Positions 42,890 through 52,302 are shown, counted from the first letter of the stretch. The stretch is DNA of 64,000 nucleotides from a virus (IMGVR_UViG_3300049049_000146:3216-67215); one strand, 5' to 3'. Numbers and translations are program-made. Notes: generated by a model from the letters alone, not told the origin.

Positions 42890-43332
42890 TAGAACGGAAT
42901 CTCCTCGCCCTCGGTAGCAGCATCGTACAGGTGCGGAGGTGCCGGGAGCGTCTCCGGAATCTCACGCTTCGGCTCAGGCGGCGGGGTGTTAGGAATCAGG
43001 CTGAGCGCCACCAGGATTTCCTGGTCCTGCCGCGTCATCTCATTGATCATCTGGTGATACCGCGCCGAGATATCCCAGTGAAGCATGGTCGTGTACTCGT
43101 ACACGGTCATCATGTCTTCGGCGGCACGGAATGCGAATCCCTCGCCGTCGGGGTCCGAGTCCGCCAGGGTGCGGATCCTATCGACCTCATAGGCCGCCAG
43201 AATGTGGCCACACGCGCTCAGCTGGTCCTGGAAATGCGTCTCCTCGTCGATGTAGCCCGTCGTCGAGCAGTGGTAGCACGGGCCATCCTCGTGGTACCCA
43301 TCATCACAGCGAGTGCAGTTGAATTGGGTCAC
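42889..43332 (-). CDS. DnaJ-type Zn-finger-like protein
   Basis: CTRCDDG..CYHCSTTG; GTGA overlap. Confidence 0.7.
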   Translation of the reverse strand: MTQFNCTRCDDGYHEDGPCYHCSTTGYIDEETHFQDQLSACGHILAAYEVDRIRTLADSDPDGEGFAFRAAEDMMTVYEYTTMLHWDISARYHQMINEMTRQDQEILVALSLIPNTPPPEPKREIPETLPAPPHLYDAATEGEEIPF

Positions 43333-43817
43333 GCCCCCATCCTCCGCTCCGCCTCGACTTCACGGCGGTAATCAGCATCGTCCTTGAAGATCTTGTGCGC
43401 TGCCTTGACCGCTGCGGGATTCGAATTGCGCTCGTCGATCGTGAGCACCGTCGTACGCCCGCCACACTCGTAGCACGTGACGTCGTACATCCCCGACTTG
43501 TAGTTCTCCCGATCCTCGTCGTCCCAATCACGGTCCCATTCCTCGGCCGTGATTCCGTGGGCGTCGATGCTGGGGTTGACGTGCGAGCCCTTGCCGTCGC
43601 AGGTGGGGCACACGTCGTAGCGTAGCCTCAGCACGTGCTCGACGGGCGGTAGCTCCTCGGGCTTGGGAGGCGTCGGCGGCTTCCCGAAGATCGCCTCATG
43701 CACCACCTTGCCGAGACCAGCGAATCCGATTCCTCCGTTCGGCAGAATGAAATGCAGCGTGTACGACTTGTTGCGTCGCTGCTCGGGCAGCGTCTTGATC
43801 CAGTCGATGAGCTTCAT
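43329..43817 (-). CDS. conserved phage DnaJ-type Zn-finger protein
   Basis: VCPTCDGKGSHVNPSID..YDVTCYECGG..EAERRMGA. Confidence 0.8.
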   Translation of the reverse strand: MKLIDWIKTLPEQRRNKSYTLHFILPNGGIGFAGLGKVVHEAIFGKPPTPPKPEELPPVEHVLRLRYDVCPTCDGKGSHVNPSIDAHGITAEEWDRDWDDEDRENYKSGMYDVTCYECGGRTTVLTIDERNSNPAAVKAAHKIFKDDADYRREVEAERRMGA

Positions 43818-43822
43818 GGTGA

Positions 43823-44425
43823 TCACCTCACGCAGGGAGTACGACCGACGCCGACCTGGAAGGGTCGAATCTTGTAGTCGTGGTAGTCCTGGCCGTAGCA
43901 GTTGAAGGCGAACCAGACGTTCAGATGCGGGAAATACCGCGTCGAATCGAACACGTGGAAATCGAGGAGCAGCGCGTTCTCTCGGCGGTCCTTTCCGGGA
44001 GGCGTCCAGTGCCGCCGCATGTCCACGTGGACACGGAACAGGTGGTAGAGGCTGCGCTGTGCGATGACCTTCTTCGCTAGCTCGCGGAATCCCGTCGGGT
44101 AATTCGGCCAGCCTCCCGGCGCCCTCACCTTCGGGAACCACTCGCTGTATTCGTTCGTCGGGTATCGCGTCTTGCCGTCGTACGACAGCTTGTGGAATGC
44201 ACCCTTCTCGACTAGCTTCTCGGTCACACGGTCGACGAACGACGCCAGCTTCTTGTCGAGCTTCGCACCCATCTGCTCTAGCCTGCTCGGGGGCGGAGGC
44301 GGCGGGGGCTCCGGAGGATCGGCCTCGACGAAGAACGTCGCGGTCATCGAATCCTCGTTGATCTCGACATCCGGAAGGTTGCTCAGCGGAGAACCGAACT
44401 CAGCCATTTCGTCGCGGCGATCCAT
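43823..44425 (-). CDS. hypothetical protein with poly-Pro linker
   Basis: SD AGGAGG. Confidence 0.75.
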   Translation of the reverse strand: MDRRDEMAEFGSPLSNLPDVEINEDSMTATFFVEADPPEPPPPPPPSRLEQMGAKLDKKLASFVDRVTEKLVEKGAFHKLSYDGKTRYPTNEYSEWFPKVRAPGGWPNYPTGFRELAKKVIAQRSLYHLFRVHVDMRRHWTPPGKDRRENALLLDFHVFDSTRYFPHLNVWFAFNCYGQDYHDYKIRPFQVGVGRTPCVR

Positions 44426-44434
44426 AGGACCTCC

Positions 44435-44671
44435 TCAGGCGGCCTGCTGCGAAGCGAACCGGCGCTGAAGCTGAATGAAATACTCGCCAGCTTCCTGCCA
44501 CTCTCTCACGGCACTCCGAATGACCCGCATTGCGTGATCGTCGGAATACCCAACCACCTCCAATGCCTCGTCGAGCACCTGCTGCTGAGCCTGTGCAAGC
44601 TCGTCCGCGGCCTCCTTGAGATGATCCTCGGTCACGATCTCCGGCAGCTTCTTCACCCACTTAGCGTCCAT
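44435..44671 (-). CDS. hypothetical protein
   Basis: SD GAGGAG. Confidence 0.7.
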   Translation of the reverse strand: MDAKWVKKLPEIVTEDHLKEAADELAQAQQQVLDEALEVVGYSDDHAMRVIRSAVREWQEAGEYFIQLQRRFASQQAA

Positions 44672-44682
44672 GGTATTCCTCC

Positions 44683-45213
44683 TCACGCCTGCTCGATGTC
44701 AGCGTTCGACACCGCGATGATCGACTGACTCTTGTATTCCGCGGTCGACGATTCGACCATCAGCATCACCGTGCCCTCGCTGGGCCCGGTCCCGTAATCA
44801 TGCACCGTCGCCTCGCGTCCGGCGTGGTGCGGCGCTCCCTGCTTCACTCGGACCCTCGTACCCTTGCGGAAGACGCGGTTGTAATCCTTGTCGAGGATCG
44901 TGATGAACGTCCAGACGTAATGATCCTCGGGGAACGTGGACCGTAGCATCTTGATCCATGCCTGGTCCTTGCGACGAACCTCGGACCATTCGCAGGTCTT
45001 TCCCTGTGCCATGGCTCCGAGAAGGTACGCCGTATTCGGCCCGACGTTCTGTAGCTCGAAACTCTCCGTGGCGTCCAGCAAGGTCTGATAGATCTCAGCC
45101 ATGCGGTTGATGTGAGTCTTCGCGTTGTCCCGCTGATTGCGGGCCGTCGTCAGGTCGAACTTGAGGGCGCTGATTTCGGACTCAAGCTCCTGGATTTCGT
45201 TCGCCTTCGGCAT
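44683..45213 (-). CDS. coiled-coil plus KOW/SH3-like protein
   Basis: GTRVRVKQGAPHHAGREATV. Confidence 0.7.
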   Translation of the reverse strand: MPKANEIQELESEISALKFDLTTARNQRDNAKTHINRMAEIYQTLLDATESFELQNVGPNTAYLLGAMAQGKTCEWSEVRRKDQAWIKMLRSTFPEDHYVWTFITILDKDYNRVFRKGTRVRVKQGAPHHAGREATVHDYGTGPSEGTVMLMVESSTAEYKSQSIIAVSNADIEQA

Positions 45214-45414
45214 TCAGTCCTCCTGCGTCTTCCAGCCAACGACCAACTTCGCGTCGGGCATGTTGATCAATCCCTGATCCCGGTCGTACACGCTCTCGAT
45301 GCTGATGAAAACATCGGACGGGATGTCACGGCCGGTGTACATCCGGAGAGCATCGACCAGCTGCTCCCGAGTGAATCGGAACTTCTGTTCGTGCTCGAAC
45401 TTCGGGTTCGACAT
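45214..45414 (-). CDS. hypothetical protein
   Basis: leader hairpin and promoter upstream. Confidence 0.7.
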   Translation of the reverse strand: MSNPKFEHEQKFRFTREQLVDALRMYTGRDIPSDVFISIESVYDRDQGLINMPDAKLVVGWKTQED

Positions 45415-45453
45415 AGGGCGTCCCTTCTGCGGCAACGTTGCCGCTGAGCCCTT

Positions 45454-45470
45454 TAGTATCGGTGGACTTT
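45454..45470 (-). promoter_or_regulatory. phage promoter-like motif copy 22
   Basis: AAAGTCC-ACC-GATACTA. Confidence 0.85.
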
Positions 45471-45617
45471 GGCTCAGTGCTTGTGCGCGCACGTATCCTT
45501 ATGGAGTCTGCGGCGCATCCAAGCACGAGCAAATCCCAGCCACGGAGCGGCGAAGAACGTCATGAACATCACCGCCGTAGGCACTTCATTGTGGCAGAAC
45601 AGATGGCATTCCATGTG

Positions 45618-46019
45618 TCACCCAGCTTTCAGCATTCGCCTAGGGAGCTTTGCGGGAAACCTCGGAAGACCAAGGTCCCAGAACTCTTTGGCTCCGCGCC
45701 ACCATGCCTTGAATTCCTGAGGCGTCTGGTGGAGCAAGTACCCATCGTCTGGAGAACTAAAGGGCTCTCCGTTGAAGAAAGCAAACTGGACGGGGTCGAC
45801 AGCCCCGCAAGGGAAGCTCGAATCGAAGTAGAGGTCACCGATCTGAATGAACGCGTGCGCTCCGTCTACCCCACCATCAAACGAAATCAGTTGCGCTTCT
45901 GGGTGAGCAAGCTTAGCGAGCCACGCCCACACATAGCACCAACCGTCATTGATCTGGTTTCGGTCCTCGAAACTTCTGAAGTACGTCTCAGTGATCCAAG
46001 TCAGGTCCAGACCGCTCAT
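45618..46019 (-). CDS. transglutaminase-like Cys-His-Asp protein
   Basis: INDGWCYVWA..HAFIQIGDLYFDS. Confidence 0.55.
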   Translation of the reverse strand: MSGLDLTWITETYFRSFEDRNQINDGWCYVWAWLAKLAHPEAQLISFDGGVDGAHAFIQIGDLYFDSSFPCGAVDPVQFAFFNGEPFSSPDDGYLLHQTPQEFKAWWRGAKEFWDLGLPRFPAKLPRRMLKAG

Positions 46020-46410
46020 CGCTCCCTACCAACTCCGGAAAGTGATGCCGTACGATTTTGATCACTCGACGGCAATCATCAGCATCCATCTGTCCGATGT
46101 GAACTTCTTTTGCTTGCATCTGTGCGGCGAGCCAGCGATAAGCTTTCGTCCGGCTCATCACACCGCCAGGCTTTTTCCACAGCGTATCGAATACTTCGTG
46201 AGCCTTGATGCGCACCTTGCGGGTAGCTGCATCCGCTGGAATCCCGAGCGGTGTTCCGTCGGTGTGGCAGCCCATCCCTCCCTTGCAGTTCGGCCAGTTC
46301 GTGCACCCAAAGAAATGGCGAGAGAACTTCGTCGACCAGCGACGAATCAATTCTCCATCGCATCCTTCTTCGGGACACGGGAACCGGGGAGGGATGGGCG
46401 GCTTTTCCAT
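45988..46410 (-). CDS. topoisomerase-type C4 Zn ribbon plus DUF3268 protein
   Basis: FFGCTNWPNC..R..AH..FD.LW..MSR..AY.WLA..HIG..D..C. Confidence 0.85.
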   Translation of the reverse strand: MEKPPIPPRFPCPEEGCDGELIRRWSTKFSRHFFGCTNWPNCKGGMGCHTDGTPLGIPADAATRKVRIKAHEVFDTLWKKPGGVMSRTKAYRWLAAQMQAKEVHIGQMDADDCRRVIKIVRHHFPELVGSDERSGPDLDH

Positions 46411-46611
46411 TCAGCCCTTGAGGCGGTGGTGTGCCATCGTTGCGTAATACGCGGTAGCTGCGGCGAAGCCAGCAGCCATAACGCCGCACACCACACGGAC
46501 ACCCACCTGGTGATGGAAGAGCATCGTGTACGCCGTAGCGGCGAATGCCACTACCAAGAACACCAGGAGCATTACCCAACCGACGATGTCCCGAACCTTC
46601 TGAGCCGTCAT
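46411..46611 (-). CDS. two-helix membrane protein
   Basis: two hydrophobic helices. Confidence 0.7.
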   Translation of the reverse strand: MTAQKVRDIVGWVMLLVFLVVAFAATAYTMLFHHQVGVRVVCGVMAAGFAAATAYYATMAHHRLKG

Positions 46612-46612
46612 T

Positions 46613-46903
46613 TCACCACTCCACGGTTACTCGCGCCAGCTGACAGCGCTGGACGAGTTCATGAAGCTTCTCTTGCAGAACTTCGTACTCGGGCAGCGGA
46701 AAATCTTCAGCCGTCAGGTCGTCGCGGTAGATGAAGATGAGCTTGCCAGTATCGAGTACGGTGCCCGCTACCTTGCCCTGGTCGTTCTGTACCTGAACGT
46801 TCCAGAGAAACACACCGCCTCGTGCGTACCTCACGCTGATTACGCTGACGCGGTCGTTGAGCTTGAAGGGGTCGCGCAACTCGATGGTGATGAGATCCGT
46901 CAT
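46613..46903 (-). CDS. hypothetical protein
   Basis: SD GGAG. Confidence 0.7.
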   Translation of the reverse strand: MTDLITIELRDPFKLNDRVSVISVRYARGGVFLWNVQVQNDQGKVAGTVLDTGKLIFIYRDDLTAEDFPLPEYEVLQEKLHELVQRCQLARVTVEW

Positions 46904-46917
46904 TCTGTGCTCCCGTG

Positions 46918-46953
46918 AAACGAAAAAGGGCGGAGCCCCGAAAGGCTCCGCCC
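46918..46953 (-). terminator. terminator-like hairpin
   Basis: GGGCGGAGCC-TTTCGG-GGCTCCGCCC, tail TTTTTCGTTT. Confidence 0.85.
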
Positions 46954-46960
46954 GATTTCT

Positions 46961-47455
46961 TTAGCCCATCACCGGCTGCTGCTCCGGCCTCGGCAACGCC
47001 GCCGAGGTCCAGGGGCTCGTCCGAATCGACACGTCGAACTCGGTCACCAGCGACTTCTTGAGATACTCGTACGTCCGAGCCGCGGCACGCTCGGCTAGTC
47101 CGCCGTAGCCGTACTCGTACGCCTTGGGATTCACCACGACGCCCACGCCGAGGTGCATCAGGTCCCCATCGCCGTCGACCATGATCAGCACCTGGGAATT
47201 CCGGTACACCAGGATACTGTCCCGATCGGAATAGGCGATGCCCGGGTAGCGGTCCTTGCTATTCCGCGGGACGTACTCGAACGATTCGGGAAGGAAAGCA
47301 CGAAGCGCATCGATGACGAAATCATCGAAGCGCATCTGGTTCAGATCATCATCGGGCTCGTCATCTAGCCCGAGATTCACGTACAGCTGGTCACGGAAGG
47401 TGTCGGGATTGTAGCCACTCGCCGGAGTCATCGGACGCCAGTTTCCCTTGCCCAT
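46961..47455 (-). CDS. hypothetical protein (MGKGN start)
   Basis: SD AAGGAG. Confidence 0.8.
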   Translation of the reverse strand: MGKGNWRPMTPASGYNPDTFRDQLYVNLGLDDEPDDDLNQMRFDDFVIDALRAFLPESFEYVPRNSKDRYPGIAYSDRDSILVYRNSQVLIMVDGDGDLMHLGVGVVVNPKAYEYGYGGLAERAAARTYEYLKKSLVTEFDVSIRTSPWTSAALPRPEQQPVMG

Positions 47456-47458
47456 GTG

Positions 47459-47854
47459 TCACTCCTTCTCGGAATCGATGGCCTTGATCAGGTCGACAGG
47501 ATGCTGTTCCTGTCGGCGGTCACAACCTGCCGCCCAATCGGTATTTTCGTCGTGTCGATCTTCGATGCCGTAGAACTCAGCGAGCAATCGATCCTTGTCG
47601 TTCCAGTTCGTGTACTCGTAATCCTCTTCACGGATTTGCAGTACGGTCTCGACGAACTTATATGCGTGATGCGGAAGGCTCTCCTCAGCCTTACGAAGAG
47701 CGATGATGAATTCGTTGTAGAATCCATCCTTGTCTTCGTGGCAGAGAGTTTCAAGGTGACGAATCGTTGCTCGGATTTGAGCTTCCCGCTGCACAAGGCT
47801 TAGCGCATCGAGAACCGCAAGATCGCGCAACGCCTTCTTTCTTTCGGCGTCCAT
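47459..47854 (-). CDS. hypothetical protein
   Basis: SD AGGAG. Confidence 0.75.
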   Translation of the reverse strand: MDAERKKALRDLAVLDALSLVQREAQIRATIRHLETLCHEDKDGFYNEFIIALRKAEESLPHHAYKFVETVLQIREEDYEYTNWNDKDRLLAEFYGIEDRHDENTDWAAGCDRRQEQHPVDLIKAIDSEKE

Positions 47855-47887
47855 AAAGCTCCTAGCTACTGCGGCACGTTGCCGCTA

Positions 47888-47962
47888 TGACCCCACGGGG
47901 ATTTGAACCCCGGTTCTCGGCGTGAAAAGCCGGCGTCCTGGACCGGGCTAGACGATGGGGCC
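47888..47962 (-). tRNA. trnE: tRNA-Glu (anticodon TTC), CCA not encoded
   Basis: acceptor GGCCCCA/TGGGGTC+A; anticodon arm CCGGC-TTTTCAC-GCCGA; T-arm CGGGG-TTCAAAT-CCCCG. Confidence 0.93.
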
Positions 47963-48020
47963 AGAGTCCGATATTGTGTACCGGACTTATTACAGAGTCA
48001 ACCAGCTGGCTGACTCAACT

Positions 48021-48037
48021 TAGTATCGTCGGACTTT
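48021..48037 (-). promoter_or_regulatory. phage promoter-like motif copy 23 (drives tRNA)
   Basis: AAAGTCC-GAC-GATACTA. Confidence 0.85.
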
Positions 48038-48040
48038 TGC

Positions 48041-48694
48041 TCAGAAGCGTGAGCGCAAGTTCTTGCACTCGTTCTCGATGTTCTTTCGAGCCTGGCCTTC
48101 GAGCTTGCGAAACTCGTCGGTGTAGAAGATGAAGTGCTGGTTGAGCATCTTGCCCAGAATCTCGTGACGCTTCTGGGAGAAGATGTCCAACGGAACCCAG
48201 ATGTATTCCTCGCGAACCTTCAGCGCGTACTGGTAGTAGTAATCGTTCTCCTCCGCGCCGAGAATCGAAAGGTCGAGGTCGAGGAACAGCTGCTCGGCCT
48301 GGGTCAATTCCTTCGCGAAGGGACCGAAGTGATTTGCCGTACGCATGACCATGTCGTGGACCATGCAGGCGAATCGCTGTACGGCGTGCTCAGGGGCACG
48401 CTCGAATCGACCATCGAAAGAAACGTGACCGAATCCGTCCCGCATGATGGCGTCGACAGCGAGTTCGGCACTCTGCTTGACGTTCTCTGCGTCCGGCTGG
48501 CGCGTGTCGTAGACAGCGTCGTGGAACCAGATGGAATACTCGATCGCCTTTCGCTCGGGAGGCAATAGCGTCTTCGCGGTCTCCGAAGATTCCAGCTTCC
48601 GGAGAAGCGAGAAGACGTGCTCAAGCCCGTGGTAGTGGCGGTGCTTCTCGTTGTAGAGCGTCGTTAGTGCTGCACGTGTATGAAGAGGAATCAT
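48041..48694 (-). CDS. HD-superfamily metal-dependent phosphohydrolase (COG4339-like)
   Basis: HRHYHGLEH..WFHDAVYD..DLDLSILG..VREEY. Confidence 0.9.
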   Translation of the reverse strand: MIPLHTRAALTTLYNEKHRHYHGLEHVFSLLRKLESSETAKTLLPPERKAIEYSIWFHDAVYDTRQPDAENVKQSAELAVDAIMRDGFGHVSFDGRFERAPEHAVQRFACMVHDMVMRTANHFGPFAKELTQAEQLFLDLDLSILGAEENDYYYQYALKVREEYIWVPLDIFSQKRHEILGKMLNQHFIFYTDEFRKLEGQARKNIENECKNLRSRF

Positions 48695-49200
48695 GTCCAG
48701 GTCTCCAGGTATTCGGCGGGGTGGTGCTCCTCGAACCATTCAGTAATCCTTACAAGTTCGTCGATCTCGTTAGGAGTAGGAATGGTGACGAGGGGCAGGA
48801 ACCACCCCTGTTCATCCTTCACGTTCTGGTGTCCCCAGACGTACCAAGTACGAGGGTCGGACCACCAGTAATATCCGTGCGTCTGCCAGAGATTCTCCTC
48901 GATCCAGGTCCGGTAATACCAGACCTCTTCGGGAGGATTCGAGTAGTATTCGTTGTTCCAGAACGGGCCGTGCGTGGCGTCGAAGTCGGTCCCGTCGGGG
49001 AGCCGGAGCCAATCGACTCCGTATTCCCCGAGCATGTTCTCACTCTCCCATTCATTGACGTCGAGAAGCTCTTCCCGAACACGATGACTGGTAGCGTGAC
49101 AAACGAATTTCCACCAGAGCGCCACGTCCTCTTCGGATAGGCCGCGCTTCTTGAGTAGCCTATCCTTGCGGATGTACCAGTAGCCGCCGTCTGCGCCCAT
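48691..49200 (-). CDS. Trp-rich hypothetical protein
   Basis: ATGA overlap. Confidence 0.75.
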   Translation of the reverse strand: MGADGGYWYIRKDRLLKKRGLSEEDVALWWKFVCHATSHRVREELLDVNEWESENMLGEYGVDWLRLPDGTDFDATHGPFWNNEYYSNPPEEVWYYRTWIEENLWQTHGYYWWSDPRTWYVWGHQNVKDEQGWFLPLVTIPTPNEIDELVRITEWFEEHHPAEYLETWT

Positions 49201-49203
49201 GCG

Positions 49204-49536
49204 TCACCAGGGATTCTCGATGTCGTCTCTACCGTTGAGGCTCGTCAGGAACCACACAGGCGTTCCTGCCTTGTCGAGCTTGGCGGCGATCGAATCGATA
49301 GGCTCCGACTTTTCGAGCGTGATGTTCGTGAGCCGCTCTGCGGGGACAGCAAGGTACCCGTCGGCCCACACAGCAGCATTCAGCGCTCGTGCAACGTCAT
49401 GCAGGCGACGGGCACCAAGGTCGGTGATGCCCGTCGCCATCATGAAGAAGATTACCTTCCCCGGTTCAAGTTCGCTCGGCTGTACATCGAACCCGAGCTT
49501 GTATCCCAGGAAGGTGCACTTCGCGTCGATGTCCAT
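49204..49536 (-). CDS. hypothetical protein
   Basis: TAATG coupling. Confidence 0.75.
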   Translation of the reverse strand: MDIDAKCTFLGYKLGFDVQPSELEPGKVIFFMMATGITDLGARRLHDVARALNAAVWADGYLAVPAERLTNITLEKSEPIDSIAAKLDKAGTPVWFLTSLNGRDDIENPW

Positions 49537-50369
49537 TAGGTCCTCGGGAATCGTACGGTACGGGGCTTGTCGCCCGTGGAAAGGAACGTCTCACGCACAG
49601 CAGGAACGAGCCGCTCGTCGCCGAGCTTGTGCACCTCGTAGCGGTCGTTCGTGTGATTCTTGCTGTGGAAGTCGCCGTCGCACAGCTGCACCGCACGCTC
49701 GGCATCCCAGCGATCGAAGAGCCACGAATTCCCATTCCGAATCGTTTCGGACTTCACGACACTCGCGAGGAATCGTCCGTAATCGATCTGGTTCTGGAAC
49801 TCGACCGGCTCTCCGTGGAAGAAATTCCAGACACGCCCACGTCGAATCAGCTGAAGCTGACTCTCCTGCCGCATCGGGAAGCTCCAGCCGCCCTCTTCGT
49901 TGTAGCTGATATCGTATGTGATCTCAGCATCGTCGTAGTTGACGCGATGAACCATGAACGCGTCCGGACCGCACCCAGGAATGAGAGGCATCTGCCGCTC
50001 GCGCGTGTCGTGATAGCGAACGATGTCGCCTTCCCAGAAAGACGTCTCGGGAAGGGGCCGCAGGTATTCTCGATTCGGAATCGTGCGCGGTCCCGGCTCC
50101 ACGAAAGCGAGGTGATGGGTTCCGCAGGAGAACAACGTCCCATCGGCCAGCTTCACCTTCATGTAAGAGCGGTTCTGGAAGACGCCCGAGCCCCGCCCGC
50201 ACGTGTTGAACCGGCCATATGTGATCTCCTCGAATCTGTCGATCGTGCCCCGCGTGCCATCGGGAGGAGCCTTGAATCCCCAGCTTCGGGCCTCGGGGTC
50301 CACTGCGACCTGCACAATATCACCGACGTGGTAATCGAGCGTGTGGCCGTTACCCTTCGCGTTCTGCAT
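49536..50369 (-). CDS. hypothetical protein with SH3-like repeats (277 aa)
   Basis: VGDIVQV and EGDIVRY barrels. Confidence 0.75.
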   Translation of the reverse strand: MQNAKGNGHTLDYHVGDIVQVAVDPEARSWGFKAPPDGTRGTIDRFEEITYGRFNTCGRGSGVFQNRSYMKVKLADGTLFSCGTHHLAFVEPGPRTIPNREYLRPLPETSFWEGDIVRYHDTRERQMPLIPGCGPDAFMVHRVNYDDAEITYDISYNEEGGWSFPMRQESQLQLIRRGRVWNFFHGEPVEFQNQIDYGRFLASVVKSETIRNGNSWLFDRWDAERAVQLCDGDFHSKNHTNDRYEVHKLGDERLVPAVRETFLSTGDKPRTVRFPRT

Positions 50370-50400
50370 GGAGCCTGTCTTTCTACCCCGACACCGGGGC

Positions 50401-50829
50401 TTAGAATGAGAGAACGATCGGACCCTGAATGTCGATGACGTCGCCGGTAGCCGTGAACCAGTGATAGCCGAGGGGCCACTTGAAAAGAATCGTGTGACCG
50501 TCGTGCAGCACCAACCACTTGATGCGCTTGCCTACGTGCTGCGCAGCGACAGGAGTGCTGTAGCTGCCTTTGATGGTGCACGTCAGATTTGTGAGGCTGA
50601 TCTCGGTGGCGGGGATCTGAATGCTAGCGACACATTCACTTGCGTCGGCGCCGAATTCAGGCTCGTCGGGGCAGAAGCCGAAGAACCTCTGAGCGAACGC
50701 GTGCTCCAGGGCATTCAAGAAATTGAACTTCTTCGGCTTGTAGAAGCGGCACTTCTGATTCGTGCAGCCGTCTACCTGGAGAAAGCCTACGTACTCAGCG
50801 GGACTTCCGCATGCAAAACAAGTCGGCAC
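50401..50829 (-). CDS. N-terminal zinc-finger protein
   Basis: CFAC..CTNQKC. Confidence 0.7.
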   Translation of the reverse strand: MPTCFACGSPAEYVGFLQVDGCTNQKCRFYKPKKFNFLNALEHAFAQRFFGFCPDEPEFGADASECVASIQIPATEISLTNLTCTIKGSYSTPVAAQHVGKRIKWLVLHDGHTILFKWPLGYHWFTATGDVIDIQGPIVLSF

Positions 50830-51004
50830 GTTTCCACCTCGGAGCTTTGGGTTTCGCGGTCTCGGCGCTCTCGATATTGACTAGGTCTCGTATGCGGTCC
50901 CAGCCAGGAAGAGTCGAGGGCCACTGACGAACGAAGTACCAAGCCCCGGGTTTCCATCCGGGGCTCCAGTACGTCCAGTACCCATCGATCACGGCTTCTT
51001 CCAC
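50795..51004 (-). CDS. hypothetical protein
   Basis: GTG start overlapping upstream gene end. Confidence 0.5.
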   Translation of the reverse strand: MEEAVIDGYWTYWSPGWKPGAWYFVRQWPSTLPGWDRIRDLVNIESAETAKPKAPRWKRADLFCMRKSR

Positions 51005-51504
51005 TCTTCCAGGAGAACTCCACGCTCATCGTGAATGTGCCCACCTGCTCGGATATGCGCCACGATGCGATCGGCCCTCTCGGTCCACCAGCCAAGGCGC
51101 CTCTGCTCTTCGATGTCCTTTTCGGGAATGGCGAGCCAGTCGGCTTCCATTTCCTCGCGGGTCCTGGCCGGGTCAGGGCAAGCACCACAGCCACACGACC
51201 AGTAGCCATCCTCGTACTCGAATTGAGGAACGTCGAACACGTATCCTCGTCGAATCTTGTTCGAGTATTCGGGAATGAAGAACTGGAACTGCGCCCGAGG
51301 TACCCAACCCTTGATGACGTGGTTGTGCCCGTAATCCGATACGATCATTCCCGGCTTGAACTGGAGCAGGTAAAGGATCGAATTCAGAGTCGCGGAGTTC
51401 AAGCGCTTGCGGGCATTCCGAGCACGTCCCTTGTAGAGCTTGCTCGGAATGCCATACGCCTTGATTGCCTGCGCGGCTTCGCGCCGCTTTGCCCTGTTAC
51501 CCAT
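50989..51504 (-). CDS. hypothetical protein
   Basis: ORF on dominant strand. Confidence 0.75.
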   Translation of the reverse strand: MGNRAKRREAAQAIKAYGIPSKLYKGRARNARKRLNSATLNSILYLLQFKPGMIVSDYGHNHVIKGWVPRAQFQFFIPEYSNKIRRGYVFDVPQFEYEDGYWSCGCGACPDPARTREEMEADWLAIPEKDIEEQRRLGWWTERADRIVAHIRAGGHIHDERGVLLEEWKKP

Positions 51505-51512
51505 CGAACCCT

Positions 51513-51716
51513 TTAGTTGTGCTTAATGGTCTCGACGAAGGCCCGCACAGCCCTGCGAAGAGCCTCGTCGTCCGCCCCTGCGGCGATTGCCTTGCGGCCC
51601 TCGACGAACACCTTGTTGATGTCGAGGACGCTGATCTGGATTCCCTTGCACGTCTCGTAGTACGCGCGCTCGATCCGGCGATCGATTTCCTTCTCCGCCT
51701 TCGTCTGCTTAGCCAT
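51513..51716 (-). CDS. hypothetical protein
   Basis: SD AGGA, start MAKQTK. Confidence 0.75.
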   Translation of the reverse strand: MAKQTKAEKEIDRRIERAYYETCKGIQISVLDINKVFVEGRKAIAAGADDEALRRAVRAFVETIKHN

Positions 51717-51717
51717 G

Positions 51718-52035
51718 CTATTCCTGTCCTTCCAAAAGGAATGCCCGTCTAATGCGGACAACGTTTCCGTCTTCCTTGCCCTTGACGACACTGCGTTCGA
51801 GGTGATTGAACACGGGAGGAATCGGAGCGATCGATTCCACCTCAACGCTCGTCTGCGTTTCGTAGTAGTCGAGCAAGTCTGCTCGGGACATCTTCGTTGC
51901 GATCAGATCGACGCCGCAGATCTCACCACTCTTCTTGCTGCGAAGGACGACTGCGTAGTGCCGCAGCCAATCACTTGCGCGCTCGTTGAACTGGTGGTCT
52001 ACGGCGTCGGGAATGAATTTCCCGAAGCGATCCAT
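51718..52035 (-). CDS. hypothetical protein
   Basis: TGATG coupling. Confidence 0.7.
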   Translation of the reverse strand: MDRFGKFIPDAVDHQFNERASDWLRHYAVVLRSKKSGEICGVDLIATKMSRADLLDYYETQTSVEVESIAPIPPVFNHLERSVVKGKEDGNVVRIRRAFLLEGQE

Positions 52036-52250
52036 CAGACGCGCTTCTCGTCCGCGGCCCGGCAGCGCTGCCACTCCAGCTTGAAGAACTCGATCAGCCG
52101 GAAGCGGTTGGCCTCGTACACCGCACGGACTCGGGGAGAGAATCGGGGGAGGACCTCCGACAGCGGCATCTCCATCTCCGCGGCCCTCTTCAGGACGGCA
52201 CCGATGCGGCTCAGGATCTGGTCGTCCGTGATCTGCGTCTTCTCCGACAT
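52035..52250 (-). CDS. hypothetical protein
   Basis: SD GAGGAGG, leader hairpin, promoter. Confidence 0.8.
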   Translation of the reverse strand: MSEKTQITDDQILSRIGAVLKRAAEMEMPLSEVLPRFSPRVRAVYEANRFRLIEFFKLEWQRCRAADEKRV

Positions 52251-52285
52251 ACGGCCTCCTCGCTGTGGCGACTTTCGCCACCAAC

Positions 52286-52302
52286 TACTATCGACGGAGT
52301 TT
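52286..52302 (-). promoter_or_regulatory. phage promoter-like motif copy 24
   Basis: AAACTCC-GTC-GATAGTA. Confidence 0.75.
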
